Assembly: GCA_964354025.1 (NCBI GenBank)
Contig: CAYGXQ010000001.1
Span: forward strand, 70,567 to 134,566
Direction of reading: 5' to 3'
DNA from: an uncultured Gammaproteobacteria bacterium
GTDB taxonomy: Bacteria; Patescibacteriota; Microgenomatia; 2-02-FULL-39-11
DNA: 64,000 nucleotides
Shown in pieces: positions 12,239-22,066 of the stretch. The notes below the pieces were generated by a model. The model saw nothing but the letters and a program-made list of their open reading frames with translations. It made no database searches and was not told the origin of the DNA. How positions within the stretch are numbered: position 1 is the first letter of the stretch; each line of letters opens with the position of its first letter. The position numbers and the translations under genes were made by a program.

Positions 12239-13008
12239 ACCAGGTGTGTATTAGCTTGACATATACGGGAAACTGATATAAATTGTAGTCATGCCGTACC
12301 GTAAGACCGTATTTGCTTGCGGAGAATATTACCACATTTACAACAGAGGCGTTGCTTATCAGCCGATTTATAAAAATAAAAGGGATTATGAAAGATTTTT
12401 ATTAACGCTTTCATATTACCGATTTCGGGACTGCCCGGTCAGACTTTCAAAATTATTGCTGACTCCTAAAGAAATCAGAGACGATATATTATCAGCCTTA
12501 GCTAAAGACAATAGTAAAAGAATAGAAATTCTTGCATATTGTCTTATGCCAAATCATTTTCATTTGCTTATTCAGCAAATCAAAGAAGGTGGAATATCAA
12601 AATATCTGCGTCAGTCAATAAATAGTTATGCAAAATACTTTAATACGAAATACAAAAGAGTAGGATCTCTTTTTCAGGATATGTTTAAGGCTGTCCGGAT
12701 AGAATCAGATGAGCAGCTTATACATGTTTCGCGATATATTCACCTTAATCCACTCGTTTCCTATTTGGTCAATCGAGAGGAACTACCCGAGTATCCTTGG
12801 TCATCACTGCAATCATATTTGGGAAAATCTGACTCTGATTTGGTAGTCGCGGAAACTGTTTTGGCCAATTTTAAAAACAAAAAGGAGTATATGCAATTTA
12901 TACTTGATCAGGAAGATTACGGAAAAAAGTTAGAACATATTAAACATCTTATGCTTGACGGAACATAATAATCCGTATGTGCAAACGTAATACACACCTG
13001 GTGTGTAT
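12232..13008 (+). mobile_element. RAYT/IS200-like element with palindromic terminal inverted repeats
   Basis: ATACACACCAGGTGTGTATTA at 12233 and its reverse complement ending at 13008 flank a Y1 transposase gene. Confidence 0.8.
12291..12968 (+). CDS. REP-associated tyrosine (Y1/HUH) transposase
   Basis: YYHIYNRG, AYCLMPNHFHLL (HUH), G.LFQ, YIHLNP, YPWSS. Confidence 0.92.
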   Translation: MPYRKTVFACGEYYHIYNRGVAYQPIYKNKRDYERFLLTLSYYRFRDCPVRLSKLLLTPKEIRDDILSALAKDNSKRIEILAYCLMPNHFHLLIQQIKEGGISKYLRQSINSYAKYFNTKYKRVGSLFQDMFKAVRIESDEQLIHVSRYIHLNPLVSYLVNREELPEYPWSSLQSYLGKSDSDLVVAETVLANFKNKKEYMQFILDQEDYGKKLEHIKHLMLDGT

Positions 13009-13047
13009 GGTGTTGAAAAAAGGGTAGTTGGATGGTATAGTGAAGTC

Positions 13048-13896
13048 ATGAATAAGAAGGCTATCCTGATAGTCATTCTCTTTATTTCCGGTTTGGCAAT
13101 CGGCGGCTATAAACTCTTAAGCGCTCGCTCCATATCCAATTCCGGCATAAAAATAGCTTCTGTTCCTTCGGCCAGTGTTTTCTTAAACGACAAACTGGTC
13201 GGTAAAACCCCATATGAGGACAAATATCCGCCGGGAAAATATGTCGTCAAACTCATCCCCGAGGACACTTCCGCTAATTATTCTTCCTGGCAGGGAGAAG
13301 TTACCCTTAATTCCTCACTTTTGACCTATCTGAAACGGGAACTGGGTCCCAGTGAACTGCTTTCAGGCGGTGAGACTCTGACTTTAAGCAAGATTTCTAC
13401 GGCCACCGAGGCGCAAATTGACGTTTCTTCCCAGCCGGACGGAGCGAGAGTAATTTTTGACGGACAGGAAAAAGGGATGTCACCGGTTCTGATCCGCGAA
13501 GTTTCGCAGGGAGAGCATGATGTTTCGGTTTCTTCTCCCGGCTTCGTTCCGCGGACGATCAGGGCGCAGGTGACTTTAGGTTACAAACTCAATACCGCTT
13601 TTCAGCTGGCACTCCTTCCGAGCCAGCCGGCAACCGAATCGGGGGAAGTGACGACTACTCCCACTCCTCCTTCGAAAGAAAAGAGCGGTCAGGACAAGAC
13701 GGAAGTAACGATTAAAGATACGCCGACCGGATTTTTACGGGTCAGAAGCGGACCAAGCAGAAGTGCTTCCGAGGTCGCCCAGGTGAAACCGAAGGAAAAG
13801 TACTCCCTTTTGGACGAACAGAGCGGTTGGTACAAGATTGCTTATCTGGAGGGGAAAGAGGGTTGGATATCAAGCGCTTACGCTGAGAAGAACTAA
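13048..13896 (+). CDS. PEGA-domain protein with C-terminal bacterial SH3 domain
   Basis: S.P..A.V..D...G.TP repeats; LRVRSGPS..GWY..GWIS. Confidence 0.85.
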   Translation: MNKKAILIVILFISGLAIGGYKLLSARSISNSGIKIASVPSASVFLNDKLVGKTPYEDKYPPGKYVVKLIPEDTSANYSSWQGEVTLNSSLLTYLKRELGPSELLSGGETLTLSKISTATEAQIDVSSQPDGARVIFDGQEKGMSPVLIREVSQGEHDVSVSSPGFVPRTIRAQVTLGYKLNTAFQLALLPSQPATESGEVTTTPTPPSKEKSGQDKTEVTIKDTPTGFLRVRSGPSRSASEVAQVKPKEKYSLLDEQSGWYKIAYLEGKEGWISSAYAEKN

Positions 13897-14933
13897 TTGG
13901 ACAATTCTTTCTCATCCGGCAGTTTTCTGATCAGATTTACCCAAAAGATAAATCCCACAATAATGACCATCACCAATATCGTTACGAATACTTTCTGTTT
14001 CGAATTTAACATCAAAGCAAAGATGCCGAAAGCGGCGGTGATGAGCCAATAAAAAACGGCAATTTTTCGCTTCCCCCAACCCAACCGCAGCAGGTGATGA
14101 TGAAGGTGTTCCCGGGTGGCCCGAACCGGTGATTTATGGCTGACAATTCTTTTAAATAACATAAAAACGGCATCAGTCATCGGCATGGCCAAGACTAAAA
14201 GAGCCGTTCCTAATTTGCTGAAAGCCATAATGGAAAGGATAGCCAGTAAAAACCCGGCAAGAGTTTTGCCTCCGTATCCGGGCATAATTTTTTGCGGATA
14301 ATAATTCCACGGCAAAAAACCAAGGAAAGCGCCAGCGGTGAGAAAAGAAAGGACAAGAACCGGCAGTTGTTGCGGATCCAAAAGAGCGAAGCGCAGGGAC
14401 AAGAGTCCGATAATGACTGCCGCAATCGAGACAAAGCCGGGCAGTTGTCCGTCAACTCCTCCGGACCAGCCGATGATATTAGTCGTCCAGATGATCCAGA
14501 TGAAAGCAAGCAGATTTCCCGCCCCGGGAGAAAGCGGGAGGATACCGCCGAAAGGATTAGTGATGTAAGGGATAGTGACGCCGGATGAGACAACGATGAC
14601 AGCGGCCAGGCAGTTGGTAAAAAAGCGAAGATAAGGAGAGCGGTCTTTTCTGTCATCCCAAAGACCGACGGCAATCAAAATGACAGAGGCGATGAAGATG
14701 CCGATGATCTGTTTCATCTGCGGATATAGCAAAACCAGCGGCCAAAAGATGCCGATAAAAATGGCCAGGCCGCCGGCGCGCGGAATTATTCCCTGATGGG
14801 TGTGGGCGGGATGGGGACGGATTTTGGGATTATCTACCAGTTGGAAACGGAGGGCGATTTTTATCACATAAGGAGTAATCAGATAGGTGATGATGGCCGA
14901 AGTGATGATAGACCAGAGAATTAAAAATAGCAT
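13893..14933 (-). CDS. MraY/WecA family undecaprenyl-phosphate sugar-phosphotransferase
   Basis: PRAGGLAI, GLWDD, DG.L.G, FL.WN..P.KI, HLHH. Confidence 0.9.
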   Translation of the reverse strand: MLFLILWSIITSAIITYLITPYVIKIALRFQLVDNPKIRPHPAHTHQGIIPRAGGLAIFIGIFWPLVLLYPQMKQIIGIFIASVILIAVGLWDDRKDRSPYLRFFTNCLAAVIVVSSGVTIPYITNPFGGILPLSPGAGNLLAFIWIIWTTNIIGWSGGVDGQLPGFVSIAAVIIGLLSLRFALLDPQQLPVLVLSFLTAGAFLGFLPWNYYPQKIMPGYGGKTLAGFLLAILSIMAFSKLGTALLVLAMPMTDAVFMLFKRIVSHKSPVRATREHLHHHLLRLGWGKRKIAVFYWLITAAFGIFALMLNSKQKVFVTILVMVIIVGFIFWVNLIRKLPDEKELSN

Positions 14934-15287
14934 TTAAGTGACCAGAAAAATAATTTTTAAACAGGCGATCAGGAACAGAAAAGAAACTACCGTCCCTGAA
15001 ATAACCAGAAGATAAGCGGCGGTTTTCCTAGTTTCAAAGATGCCGGCCGCCAGAAAAAAATTGAGGGAAAAAAAGATGATAGAAAAAAGAAACGGGATAA
15101 AAATGCCGTAAGGGGAAGTAAGCTGCTCTACGCCTCTGGGGAGAGAGTAAAAAAGCGGCAATTGCGGCGGGAGTTTGTTCCATTTGAAGATGATGGCGAT
15201 CAGAAAAACCGCGATAATCCCCAAAAAGATCCTGATTAAATTTTCCGCCAGTTTATCTTTTAATAATACTTTAATCTTTTCTTTCAT
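14934..15287 (-). CDS. small membrane protein (DUF1648-like)
   Basis: LPPQLPLFYS motif, 3 TM segments. Confidence 0.6.
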   Translation of the reverse strand: MKEKIKVLLKDKLAENLIRIFLGIIAVFLIAIIFKWNKLPPQLPLFYSLPRGVEQLTSPYGIFIPFLFSIIFFSLNFFLAAGIFETRKTAAYLLVISGTVVSFLFLIACLKIIFLVT

Positions 15288-15288
15288 A

Positions 15289-16575
15289 TCAGCGGATGAG
15301 AAGCAGGTCATAAGTCGCGTTATCTTTCATAAGATAAGTTTTTGAAGGCGGAGGAGGAAAATCCGCCCTGGAAACAGCCGGAAAAACGACGTTGACGCCG
15401 ATATAATCAGGAACGGTGATGCTATTGGGATTATAGATAAATACTTTTTCCGGGAATTTATAATAAAAAGCGGATTCCAAAAAAGCAATCGGAGTTTGGG
15501 TATAAACAAAATCAGACGCTTCAGCATTTTTGTTTATTTCCGAAAAAGCGCTCTTGAAATCGGTTTTGCGGTGACCCGGGACCAGGGCGATATCGATAAC
15601 AATGACTAAAAGAAGAAAAGCAGCGGCGGTAAAATTTCTCAATAATTTGTTTTTAATGCTCCAGATGCCCAAAGAGATGCCGAAGATTTCAAAAACAGTG
15701 ATAAAAATAAAATAGCGGTTGACATAAATCGGCCGGCGAAGATATGAATAGCCCAAAACTCCAAATAAGGTAAAAAATATCGGCGTCAAAAATAACAAAG
15801 CCTGTTTCTTATTTTGCCGAAATCCTATCCAGAAGAAAACAAGGATGATGACTGAAAGCCAAAAAGTCAAAGGCCACCAGTTGCCCGGCGTGCCTTCGAA
15901 GTTGGTAAAAAGATTGCCCAAAACTGATTTAACCAGTTGCAGGTCAACCGGGAAGATCCAGGAATCTTTTGAACGTATAAATTGATTTATGAGGACCGGC
16001 AGCCAGGGAAGGAAGAAAAGCAGCGGTTTGGCGGTATTGATTATCAGCCTGCGGTGGTTTTGTTTGGTCAGAAAATAATAAATGATGAAAGATACGGGGA
16101 TAAGGATAAAAAATGACTGGGTGTAAAGTCCCAGGACAGTCGCAACTAAATACCCTTTCCACTCTTTTTTGTACCAGAAATATAAGGAACAAACGGTAAA
16201 CAGGGCATAAAAAGAATACATCCGGATTTCAAAAGCGTAATAGAGAAGCATCGGGTTGAAAAAAGTGAAAGCGGCAACATATAGGGCAAAGCGGCGGGAA
16301 AAGATTTTCTCCGCCAGAAGCGAGGCCACATAAACACTGATAACGAAAGCCAGAAAAGAAAGCAGTCTCAGTCCTACGTCTGATTTGCCGACGATTTGCA
16401 TCCACAAATGCAAAATCAGGTAATAAAAAGGAGGGTTAAAATCATGGGCGGTATTGCTGATGATCTTTATCAGATCCGGTTTAGCCATAAAATATGAAAA
16501 AGCCTCGTCCCGCCAAATTGACTGGATCAGATAAAAAAGCGGTGTTTGGTAGAAAATATAATTAACAATATTCAT
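15289..16575 (-). CDS. GT39/PMT-like membrane glycosyltransferase
   Basis: SIWRDEAFS, NPPFYY, E.RMYS, multiple TM segments. Confidence 0.8.
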   Translation of the reverse strand: MNIVNYIFYQTPLFYLIQSIWRDEAFSYFMAKPDLIKIISNTAHDFNPPFYYLILHLWMQIVGKSDVGLRLLSFLAFVISVYVASLLAEKIFSRRFALYVAAFTFFNPMLLYYAFEIRMYSFYALFTVCSLYFWYKKEWKGYLVATVLGLYTQSFFILIPVSFIIYYFLTKQNHRRLIINTAKPLLFFLPWLPVLINQFIRSKDSWIFPVDLQLVKSVLGNLFTNFEGTPGNWWPLTFWLSVIILVFFWIGFRQNKKQALLFLTPIFFTLFGVLGYSYLRRPIYVNRYFIFITVFEIFGISLGIWSIKNKLLRNFTAAAFLLLVIVIDIALVPGHRKTDFKSAFSEINKNAEASDFVYTQTPIAFLESAFYYKFPEKVFIYNPNSITVPDYIGVNVVFPAVSRADFPPPPSKTYLMKDNATYDLLLIR

Positions 16576-16636
16576 TTTGTATTCCAACGGGATCCCTCGA
16601 TCCGCCAGCTGGCGGACTCGGGATGACAGAAAAGAT

Positions 16637-18121
16637 TTAAATCTTTTCTGTCACTTTATATTCTAACCTTTTCCCCAAAAGAAGTCTGGTGTGCGCATCA
16701 AGGGCGGGAAGAGAGGAAAAAAGGAAAGAGACAATCGGCAGTAGAATCCACTGGAAAAGAAGAAGCGGAGTAGTGGAAATAGAAGTGTGAGCCGGCCTTT
16801 TCGGCCGGGATTTGGCATCCAGAATAATCAAGACCAAAAGAAAAGTAGTAGTAATCGTCAAAATCAAACCGGACATTTTCGGTAAATTATGCCCGAGGGT
16901 AGTTCTTGAAAAAACCGGATTAACCAAAGCCGGAATAGAAGCTCCCAACGTCAGGATGAAAAAAGAAGTCGGCCAAAAAAGATGGGTTTCGACAACGTAT
17001 AAGACGCGGTACAGCTTCGGCAGGATGGGGATATGTGAAGAGGTGAAAAACTTCTTCAAAGCATAAGGGACATCGGTAATTCCCCAAGCCCAGCGTTTTT
17101 CCTGTTCATAACGGGATTTGAAAGCATTTAAAAGAGTATTGCTGTTGACGGCATCGCGGGAAATCGTCAGATAAATAGGCAGCGTTTTTACTTTTTCACC
17201 TAAGGTAAAGAAAGCCTGAAGGAAAATATGCCAGTCTTCCGGAATGATATCCGTATCCCAATAACCGATTTTCTCAAGCATTTGTAAAGATAGAGAATAA
17301 GTGGAAATTTGGATTAAACTGCCAGGACGGGCAAGAGAAGCCAGGCGGGTAATGCTGGAAATGGTTGCCTGGATTCTGATGGGAAGAGGCACTTCCCAAA
17401 AATTGCTGTAAAGAAGAACCGGTGCCCAGTAGAAATGGTAGTAACGCTCTCCGTCAGTCAAAAACATAAAAGTCAGGTAGGAAAAATATTTTGCCGGGAA
17501 AAGAGAGTCGGCATCGCTTGAGGTGACGGTCACAAAATCCGGATTAATCTTTTTCTTTCTGATCACTTGGCTTAAATATTTGGCCGCCCAGGCGGCATTA
17601 CTGGCTTTGCCGGCAATTTCCCCGATTTTGGCCTGGTGGTATGTTGCCTCGATTAAGCCGAATTTACCTTTGAACTCGGCGATTAAAGCCTTTGCCCGTT
17701 CATGGGCCTGTTCACCCTCCCTTTCTTCCATGGCCAAAATGATGAAAATACGTTTGACGGGAAAATCCTGATTTACCAGAAATTCAAGGGTTTTTTTGAC
17801 TTTTTCCGTTGTTTCCTTGTAATTAGTGATGATGACAGCGTGATATATTTGGGCGTAATCGGGTAATTTTTTCGACTTTACAGCCCAATCAACCTGCGAA
17901 AGTTTGCGGAGCTTAAGGTAGGAAACGGTTGACATGATGGTCATGGATAGGGACTTGTAAAAGAAATAAACATCAAAACTGAGGATGAAATAGGCAACGA
18001 GGGCCGGGTGAAAAACAGAAAGCCAGACAGGTAAAGTGATGATCAGCCAGGTAGTGACCGGAATGATCATTTCAAAAAAACGCTCGATGAGATGCGGGTA
18101 ACGGTTAAAAAAGGCACGCAT
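16637..18121 (-). CDS. glycosyltransferase family 2 (processive type)
   Basis: GKA.N, DADS, PEDW, Q.KRW motifs. Confidence 0.88.
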   Translation of the reverse strand: MRAFFNRYPHLIERFFEMIIPVTTWLIITLPVWLSVFHPALVAYFILSFDVYFFYKSLSMTIMSTVSYLKLRKLSQVDWAVKSKKLPDYAQIYHAVIITNYKETTEKVKKTLEFLVNQDFPVKRIFIILAMEEREGEQAHERAKALIAEFKGKFGLIEATYHQAKIGEIAGKASNAAWAAKYLSQVIRKKKINPDFVTVTSSDADSLFPAKYFSYLTFMFLTDGERYYHFYWAPVLLYSNFWEVPLPIRIQATISSITRLASLARPGSLIQISTYSLSLQMLEKIGYWDTDIIPEDWHIFLQAFFTLGEKVKTLPIYLTISRDAVNSNTLLNAFKSRYEQEKRWAWGITDVPYALKKFFTSSHIPILPKLYRVLYVVETHLFWPTSFFILTLGASIPALVNPVFSRTTLGHNLPKMSGLILTITTTFLLVLIILDAKSRPKRPAHTSISTTPLLLFQWILLPIVSFLFSSLPALDAHTRLLLGKRLEYKVTEKI

Positions 18122-18169
18122 ATTTTACGGGATTAATCCTTCGGCTACGCTCAGGATGAATCTATTGTA

Positions 18170-18973
18170 TCACAATCCGTGCGGTAAACGAAATAATTTT
18201 AGCGCGTTGGAACAGGTAATTTCCATTACTTTGTCGAGAGTAGTTTTTTTGATTTCCGCGACCGTTTGGGCGGTGTAAACCAAAAAAGCGGGTTCATTGC
18301 GATTGCCTCTTTGGGGGACCGGTGTTAAAAACGGAGCGTCGGTTTCCAGCAATAATTTATCATATGGCGCGTATTCCACCAGCTGCCGTAAATGCCCGTT
18401 TTCCGGATAGGTGATGTTGCCGTCAAAACCGAGGTAAAAGCCCATTTCCAACACTTGGGCCAGTTGTTGAATGTTACCGCTGAAACAATGGAATACACCT
18501 GAAATACTTTTATCCTTAATAATATTTAATAAATCATCAAAGGCTTCGCGGCAGTGCAGGATGACCGGCAAATTGTTTTCTTGAGCCAGTTCAAGCTGAA
18601 AAATAAACAACTCTTTTTGCCGCTTTTTTGAATCTTTATCAACCGCCGGGCCATCTTTATATTGATAATAATCAAGACCGATTTCGCCGACGGCCACTAT
18701 TTTGGGTTGTTTAATCAAGCCGGTTAGAATTTTTTCAAGATCACTCGCCTTGCCGGCATCTGATAACAGATCGGCATGGTGTGGGTGGATGCCGACGGCG
18801 GCAAAACAATTAGTATATTGCCCCGCGATTTCAATTGCTTTCCGGCTGGTATCAATTTTGGCGCCAGGAATAATAATTTTACCTATATTATTATTACTTG
18901 CCCGTTCGATGACTTCCCCAATATCCTTTTTGTATGACTTGAAATTCAAATGACAGTGAGTATCTATTAACAT
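18170..18973 (-). CDS. tatD: TatD family hydrolase
   Basis: DTHCHL, GIHPH, GEIGLDY, HCFSG, ETDAPFL. Confidence 0.95.
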   Translation of the reverse strand: MLIDTHCHLNFKSYKKDIGEVIERASNNNIGKIIIPGAKIDTSRKAIEIAGQYTNCFAAVGIHPHHADLLSDAGKASDLEKILTGLIKQPKIVAVGEIGLDYYQYKDGPAVDKDSKKRQKELFIFQLELAQENNLPVILHCREAFDDLLNIIKDKSISGVFHCFSGNIQQLAQVLEMGFYLGFDGNITYPENGHLRQLVEYAPYDKLLLETDAPFLTPVPQRGNRNEPAFLVYTAQTVAEIKKTTLDKVMEITCSNALKLFRLPHGL

Positions 18974-19081
18974 TGAATTTTTATTAGGATTGTCATTGCG
19001 AGCAAAGCGAAGCAATCCCATCCGAGATTGCCACGGCTACTTCGTAGCCTCGCAATGACAAATAACAATATAATTTATGAC

Positions 19082-20530
19082 TTAAGACAATCTTGGGAAT
19101 AACGGTGATTCTGATTTAATTTCCGGACCCTGGAATTGTTTCAGAATTTTCTCCGCGGTTTGGGGAAGGAAAGGTTGAAGAAGAATGGCGACTTCCAGGA
19201 TTTTTTCGATATAGACATCAAGGACTTTTTTCAGATTGTTGCCTTCCAAAGTCCAGGGTTTATCCTTATCGATTATTTTATTGACGGCGGTAATTTTTTC
19301 CCAAATAAAATATATGGCGTCATTAAACCGGTATTCTTCAAGAGCCTTTTGATAAATGGAGTTACCACTATAATGATACGTATCATTAGAGTGCTTTGGT
19401 TTTGGATTGAAAGGCTGGCTGATTTTAGAAGTCAGGCGGGCAACCCGGGCAACCAGATTGCCCAGACCATTAGCAAGGTCAGCATTATAAATTTCCTTGA
19501 ACCTTCTTTCGGAAAAATCACCGTCGTCATAAGAGGGAATTTCTCTTAAAAAATAATACCGCAATGGATCAGTTCCGTATTTTTCGATCAAATAAAAAGG
19601 ATCGATGACATTGCCCAAAGTTTTGCTCATTTTTTGGCCTTCAACGGTAATATAACCATGGGCGAAAATTGTTTTGGGAAGTTTTAAGCCGGCAGACAAT
19701 AAAAATGCCGGCCAATAAACAGCGTGGAATCTGGTGATGCCTTTACCGATGACATGGACATCCGCCGGCCACCATTTTTCATATTGTTTGTTATCCCAAC
19801 CAAAACCGATACCGGACTGATAAATATTAAGGGCGTCAAACCAGACATAAATTCTTTGAGTGGGATCATCGGGTACAGGGACGCCCCAGTTTTTCGCTCT
19901 TTCATTTGAGCGTGAGATGCTGATATCGTTGAGCGGTTGTTTGAGGAAAGAGAGAACCTCATTTTTCCTAAACTGAGGAATAATTTTTAACTCGTCGGTC
20001 GACACCAGTTTAATCAATTGGTCCTGGTATTTGGAAAGCCGGAAAAAATAATTGACTTCGGAGATATTATCAAGTTTTTTACCCGGATGTTCATGGCATT
20101 CACCTTTTTCGTCAAGTTCATCAGGGGTATAAAATAGCTCGCAACCGACACAGTATAATCCCTCATAAGATTTTTTATAAATATCACCGTTTTTGGCGCA
20201 GCGGCGCCAAAGTTCCTGGCTCGCTTTGAAATGGTGCAACCGGTCACTGCCTTTTTGGAAAACATCAAATTGGACATTTAATTTTTCGGCCAACACTTGG
20301 AAAAGCTTGGCGTTCTTGTCAATAAATGTCTGTATATCTTCGTGGGCTTTTTCTGCTGCTTGGACATTTTTTAGCGCATTTTCGTCTCCGCCGGATAAAA
20401 GGCAAGTTTCTTCGCCTTGCAGACGGTGAAAGCGTGCGATTGCATCTGCCTGTATAAATTCGAGCGCGTGACCGATGTGAGGAGCGGCATTAACATATGG
20501 GATAGCGGTGGTGATATAAAATTTGTTCAT
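19082..20530 (-). CDS. metG: methionine--tRNA ligase (short form)
   Basis: FYITTAIPYVN..HIGH, YVWFDAL, KMSKT. Confidence 0.97.
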   Translation of the reverse strand: MNKFYITTAIPYVNAAPHIGHALEFIQADAIARFHRLQGEETCLLSGGDENALKNVQAAEKAHEDIQTFIDKNAKLFQVLAEKLNVQFDVFQKGSDRLHHFKASQELWRRCAKNGDIYKKSYEGLYCVGCELFYTPDELDEKGECHEHPGKKLDNISEVNYFFRLSKYQDQLIKLVSTDELKIIPQFRKNEVLSFLKQPLNDISISRSNERAKNWGVPVPDDPTQRIYVWFDALNIYQSGIGFGWDNKQYEKWWPADVHVIGKGITRFHAVYWPAFLLSAGLKLPKTIFAHGYITVEGQKMSKTLGNVIDPFYLIEKYGTDPLRYYFLREIPSYDDGDFSERRFKEIYNADLANGLGNLVARVARLTSKISQPFNPKPKHSNDTYHYSGNSIYQKALEEYRFNDAIYFIWEKITAVNKIIDKDKPWTLEGNNLKKVLDVYIEKILEVAILLQPFLPQTAEKILKQFQGPEIKSESPLFPRLS

Positions 20531-20555
20531 AAATTTGGCTTATTATATCAAGAAG

Positions 20556-20861
20556 CTACCGGTTTCGAAAATACAAATAAAAAGTAATCGTGATACTGCC
20601 GAGAAGAATTAGATTTAAAAGATTGTCCAAGCGGTTTTGCCGCAGGAGAAGAAAAACAACAAGGATAATTGTTGAGAGGCAACTTTTTAGTCTGCCCGTG
20701 AAAATATTGAATGAGAAAAAGAAAGCCAGAAAGATATATAAGTAAAAGAAAAAAAAGGACAAGAGGTTTTCAGGGGGTAAAAAATTGAGGAACAGAAAAA
20801 GGAAAAACAGAGAGATTGCCGCCAGAATGATTTTTTTCCGGTCAAGATGTTTTCTACGCAC
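20556..20861 (-). CDS. small membrane protein
   Basis: Hydrophobic 101 aa ORF co-oriented with metG. Confidence 0.55.
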   Translation of the reverse strand: MRRKHLDRKKIILAAISLFFLFLFLNFLPPENLLSFFFFYLYIFLAFFFSFNIFTGRLKSCLSTIILVVFLLLRQNRLDNLLNLILLGSITITFYLYFRNR

Positions 20862-20900
20862 AATTTCATTTTACTTTTTTTGGTGGTAGAATGGAACGAT

Positions 20901-20950
20901 GTAGTAGCAGACTTTAGTCTGCGTAAGCGCGAACTGAAGTTCGCTATTCC
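20901..20950 (+). repeat. REP doublet (GTARTAGC..GCTAWTCC family), copy 1
   Basis: GCAGAC-TTTA-GTCTGC plus GCGAAC-TGAA-GTTCGC hairpins; related copies at 33490-33535, 38401-38451 and 56389-56464. Confidence 0.85.
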
Positions 20951-20973
20951 AATATTTCGCGTCGCCCATTTTT

Positions 20974-21966
20974 ATGTTGTCTGTAGAATTAATAACATTG
21001 TTAATTATTGTAATTTTCTCCTTGCTTATTTTTACCTTTTCCTTGAAAAAATGGATTACGGATTTGGCTGAGAAGCAAAAACCATCCGAGGATTTGCTTA
21101 AAATCATCCAGATGCTTCAGTCAGGCAGTAAAGAAGACCGGAAAGTTTTACTTGAGAGTTTACAAAGCAACACCCAGGCACTCAATCAGCGGTTGGATAA
21201 CGCCGCTCGGGTAATCGGCCAAGTGCAGAAAAATATCGGCGAGATGAGCGAAATCGGCCGGGGGATGAAGGAATTGCAGGAATTTCTCAAAAGCCCGAAA
21301 CTGCGCGGCAATATCGGCGAGCAGATTCTCAAAGAACTGCTTGGTCAAATGCTGCCCAAACAGTCATTCCACTTGCAATATGCTTTCAAATCCGGAGCCA
21401 TTGTTGACGCGGCGATCAAAACGGGCAGCGGTCTCATTCCGGTCGACTCCAAATTCCCGATGGAGAATTTCCGAAAGCTTTTGTCTGCAAAAGAAGACGC
21501 GGAAAGAAAAACGGTTCTTAAAGATTTTGAAAAAGATGTCAAAAAGCACATTGAAGACATTTCTAAAAAATATATTCTGACAGAGGAAGGAACAATGGAC
21601 TACGCCCTGATGTACATCCCCAGCGAAGCTGTTTATTACGAAGTTGTCAATGACCCTGCGCTTTTTGAATACAGCAGCGCTAAAAGGGTCCTGCCGGTTT
21701 CACCGACGACTTTTTACGCATACCTCAAGGCGATCCTCATGTCATTTGAAGGGCAGAAAATTGAAGCCAAAGCGAAGCAAATTTTACAAACGATCAGGGC
21801 GACTCAAAAAGATTATGAGAAGCTAGCCGATAATCTAGCGGTTTTAGGCAAACACTTAACTAACGCCTATAACCAGATGAATAATGTCACTAACAGTTTT
21901 ACCCTATTGGGACAAAAGCTATCCTCGACAAAAACATTAGAATTGAAAGAGAAGAAAGAACTTTAA
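20974..21966 (+). CDS. rmuC: DNA recombination protein RmuC
   Basis: RGNIGE..L, VDSKFP, DYALMYIPSE, VSPTT. Confidence 0.93.
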   Translation: MLSVELITLLIIVIFSLLIFTFSLKKWITDLAEKQKPSEDLLKIIQMLQSGSKEDRKVLLESLQSNTQALNQRLDNAARVIGQVQKNIGEMSEIGRGMKELQEFLKSPKLRGNIGEQILKELLGQMLPKQSFHLQYAFKSGAIVDAAIKTGSGLIPVDSKFPMENFRKLLSAKEDAERKTVLKDFEKDVKKHIEDISKKYILTEEGTMDYALMYIPSEAVYYEVVNDPALFEYSSAKRVLPVSPTTFYAYLKAILMSFEGQKIEAKAKQILQTIRATQKDYEKLADNLAVLGKHLTNAYNQMNNVTNSFTLLGQKLSSTKTLELKEKKEL

Positions 21967-22057
21967 TCTGTCATCCCGACCGATCCCGACTTAGTCGGGA
22001 GAGTGGAGGGATCTTCCCAGAGGCGGAAGATTCCTCGACTTCGCTCGGAATGACAGA
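21967..22057. repeat. TGTCAT...ATGACA palindromic element (RPE-like)
   Basis: Long imperfect inverted repeat; relatives at 9275, 18990 and 32483, half copies at 16588, 49971 and 56501. Confidence 0.85.
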
Positions 22058-22066
22058 GTTAGAAAT

